Assembly (NCBI GenBank): GCA_963790295.1
Contig: CAWBOE010000009.1
Span: 15,810 to 79,809 of the forward strand
Direction: 5' to 3'
DNA length: 64,000 nt
DNA from: an uncultured Actinomycetota bacterium
GTDB lineage: Bacteria > Actinomycetota > Actinomycetes > Propionibacteriales > Nocardioidaceae
Position 1 is the first letter of the stretch. Each line of letters opens with the position of its first letter. Positions 61,631 through 64,000 of this stretch are shown piece by piece. The notes beneath the pieces are model-generated. The model saw nothing but the letters and a program-made list of their open reading frames with translations, searched no databases and was not told the origin of the DNA. The translations under genes were made by a program, and so were the position numbers.

Positions 61631-62634
61631 TCGTAGCCCAGGATCTCCTGGCGCTTCGCGGTCCAGGCCAGGGCAGAGGCGATGGCTTCCTCGATCGTCA
61701 GCTCGGCCCGCCAGCCGACCAGCTCGGCGATGCGGTCGACGTTGGCGTAGGAGCCAACGGCATCGCCGGGACGCGGAGGGGCCTCGCGCACGGGTACCTC
61801 GCGGCCGGAGACCCGCTCGAACGTCGAGACCAGCTCGCGCACCGACAGACCCTCGCCGCGGCCGATGTTCAACACGACACTGGGCTCGCCGACGCTGTCG
61901 ATGACGTCGTCGAACTGCTCGATGGCCCGCACGTGGGCGCGCGCGACGTCCCACACGTGGACGTAGTCGCGGATGCCTGTGCCGTCGGGGGTCGGGTGGT
62001 CGACACCGGTGATGGTGAACGCCTCCTGCTGCCCCAGGGCGGCCCGCACCAGCTGGCCGAGGACGTGCGAGGGCTCCTTGGCGTAGACGCCGGTCGTCAG
62101 CTCGGGGTCGGATCCGATCGGGTTGAAGTAGCGCAGGATGACCGCCCGCAGGTCGGTCGCGGACGCGACGTCCTGGAGGACCTGCTCCATCATCTGCTTG
62201 GTCCGGGCGTACGGCGACGGCGGGTCGAGGGCGTCGTCCTCACGCACCTCGAAGCCTTCGGCCGGGGCGGCGTACAGCGAGGCCGACGACGAGAAGAGCA
62301 CGCGGTGCTTGCCGAGCCCCTCGAGAGTGTCGAAGAGCTCCAGCGACTTGGCGACGTTGTCGCGGTAGTACTCGTAGGGCAGCTCGACCGACTCGGGCAC
62401 GATGATCCGCGCCGCCATGTGGATGGTGGCGTCGAGGTCCGGGTGCTCCTCCACGACCCGCGCCAGGAGGGCGCGGTCGGCGATGTCGCCCTCGTAGAAG
62501 GCCCGGTCGCCGACGAAGACCCGCGGGCCGGTCAGCAGCGAGTCGAGGACGACCGGCGTGTGGCCCGCCTCCTCGAGCGCCTTGGCGGTCGTCGAGCCGA
62601 TGTAGCCGGCTCCGCCGGTCACGAGAACCTTCAT
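61627..62634 (-). CDS. galE: UDP-glucose 4-epimerase
   Basis: VTGGAGYIGS, YARTK, LRYFNPIG and DGTGIRDYVHV. Confidence 0.9.
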   Translation of the reverse strand: MKVLVTGGAGYIGSTTAKALEEAGHTPVVLDSLLTGPRVFVGDRAFYEGDIADRALLARVVEEHPDLDATIHMAARIIVPESVELPYEYYRDNVAKSLELFDTLEGLGKHRVLFSSSASLYAAPAEGFEVREDDALDPPSPYARTKQMMEQVLQDVASATDLRAVILRYFNPIGSDPELTTGVYAKEPSHVLGQLVRAALGQQEAFTITGVDHPTPDGTGIRDYVHVWDVARAHVRAIEQFDDVIDSVGEPSVVLNIGRGEGLSVRELVSTFERVSGREVPVREAPPRPGDAVGSYANVDRIAELVGWRAELTIEEAIASALAWTAKRQEILGYE

Positions 62635-62708
62635 GCCGGTCAGGGTAGTGGCCGCCCCTCGACCCTCCTGAATCGGCCGGACTGCGCCCGGCTGGCACAA
62701 TCCCCCGC

Positions 62709-63689
62709 ATGCCTTCTGCACTGATCACCGGCATCACCGGCCAAGACGGCCTCTACCTGGCCGAGCTGCTGCTCGCCAAGGGGTACGACGTGCACGGCCT
62801 CATCCGCGGACAGAACAACCCGCGTCGCGACCTCGTCGAACGCCTGCTGCCCGACGTCCGCCTCCACAACGGCGACCTGACCGACCTGTCCAGCCTGATC
62901 CGCGCGATGCGCGACTCCGACCCCGACGAGGTCTACAACCTCGGTGCCGTCTCGTTCGTGGCCTACTCCTGGGAGAACGCGCCGCTGACCACCGACGTGA
63001 CCGGCAAGGGCGTGCTCAACATGCTCGAGGCGGTGCGCCTGCACGCCGGAGACGACCTGGGCCGGATCCGCTTCTACCAGGCGTCGAGCTCGGAGATGTT
63101 CGGCAAGGTGCAGGAGGTGCCGCAGCGCGAGACGACCCTGCTGTGGCCCCGCTCGCCGTACGGCGTGAGCAAGGTCTTCGGCCACTACATGACCATCAAC
63201 TACCGCGAGTCCTACGGGATGCACGCCTCGTCGGGGATCCTGTTCAACCACGAGTCGCCGCGTCGCGGGCCGGAGTTCGTGACCCGCAAGATCAGCCTGG
63301 CCGTCGCGCGGATCCACCTCGGCACCCAGAAGGACATCGTCCTGGGCAACCTCGACGCCGAGCGCGACTGGGGCTTCGCAGGCGACTACGTCGAGGCGAT
63401 GTGGCTGATGCTCCAGCAGGACCGTGCCGACGACTACGTCATCGCCACCGGTCAGACCCACTCGATCCGCGACTTCCTGCACGCGGCTTTCGCACACGTC
63501 GGCCTCGACGACTGGGAGCGCTACGTCAAGCAGGACGAGCGCTTCATGCGGCCCGCCGAGGTCGACCAGCTGATCGGGGACGCGTCGAAGGCCAGGGCTG
63601 CGCTCGGCTGGGCGCCGAAGGTCAGCTTCACCGAGCTCGTCGCGATGATGGTCGACGCCGACATCGCGGCGCAGAAGGCTGGCTGGTGA
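62709..63689 (+). CDS. gmd: GDP-mannose 4,6-dehydratase
   Basis: [37 protein letters not shown] and RDWG. Confidence 0.93.
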   Translation: MPSALITGITGQDGLYLAELLLAKGYDVHGLIRGQNNPRRDLVERLLPDVRLHNGDLTDLSSLIRAMRDSDPDEVYNLGAVSFVAYSWENAPLTTDVTGKGVLNMLEAVRLHAGDDLGRIRFYQASSSEMFGKVQEVPQRETTLLWPRSPYGVSKVFGHYMTINYRESYGMHASSGILFNHESPRRGPEFVTRKISLAVARIHLGTQKDIVLGNLDAERDWGFAGDYVEAMWLMLQQDRADDYVIATGQTHSIRDFLHAAFAHVGLDDWERYVKQDERFMRPAEVDQLIGDASKARAALGWAPKVSFTELVAMMVDADIAAQKAGW

Positions 63690-64000
63690 CGAGAGCGTTC
63701 GTCACCGGGATCGGCGGTCAGGACGGCAGCTACCTGGCCGATCGCCTCCTCGCCGACGGGCTCGAGGTGCACGCGCTGACGTTCGACCCTGACGGCCCTC
63801 CCCTGCACTGTCCCGCCGACGTGGTGCTGCACCGCGGTGACCTCGCCGACGTGGCCGCCGTACGCGCGCTGCTGCTCGACGTCGACCCGCACGAGGTCTA
63901 CAACCTCGCCGCCATCAGCTCGGTCGCCCAGTCCTGGCAGGAACCCGACCTCACCGCCCGCGTCAACGGGATCGGTGCGGTCGGACTTCTCGAGTCGGCC
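63686..64000 (+). CDS. Second Gmd-like NDP-sugar dehydratase/reductase (3' truncated by window)
   Basis: GTGA overlap with gmd; [15 protein letters not shown] and [10 protein letters not shown]. Confidence 0.8.
   Translation, partial: MTRAFVTGIGGQDGSYLADRLLADGLEVHALTFDPDGPPLHCPADVVLHRGDLADVAAVRALLLDVDPHEVYNLAAISSVAQSWQEPDLTARVNGIGAVGLLESA

Overview
Very GC-rich actinobacterial chromosome segment. Gene content and synteny (senX3-regX3, YbjN-mshA-SDR, typA, folP, helR) fit a Nocardioides-like Propionibacteriales genome. Many genes carry 1-2 nt indels, most densely at about 41-55.5 kb. These look like long-read consensus errors, so frameshifted genes are reconstructed and not called pseudogenes. 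Left half: housekeeping genes; a 161-bp MITE at the mshA stop; a protealysin-like M4 protease fused to its own emfourin inhibitor; a complete cellobiose ceb operon with twin LacI operators; a SARP/STAND regulator; an uncharacterised three-gene operon (unknown small protein, RelA/SpoT small alarmone synthetase, novel membrane protein); folate genes; and helR preceded by a rifamycin-associated element (RAE). Right half (about 32.6-64 kb): a large surface-glycan locus with an HPr-kinase-like/PqqD fusion, MauE-thioredoxin, ABC flippase, GT11, GT14, GT2s, GT4s, acyltransferase, priming transferase, LMW-PTP/Wzc, a Wzy-like polymerase, NeuA and a multidomain NeuB, a candidate new ulosonate transferase, galE and two gmd-like genes. 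Best candidates for new biology are the SAS-membrane-protein operon (20220-22647), the pair of kinase-PqqD fusions, the protease-inhibitor fusion and the orphan transferase next to neuA. No rRNA, tRNA or CRISPR array was seen.
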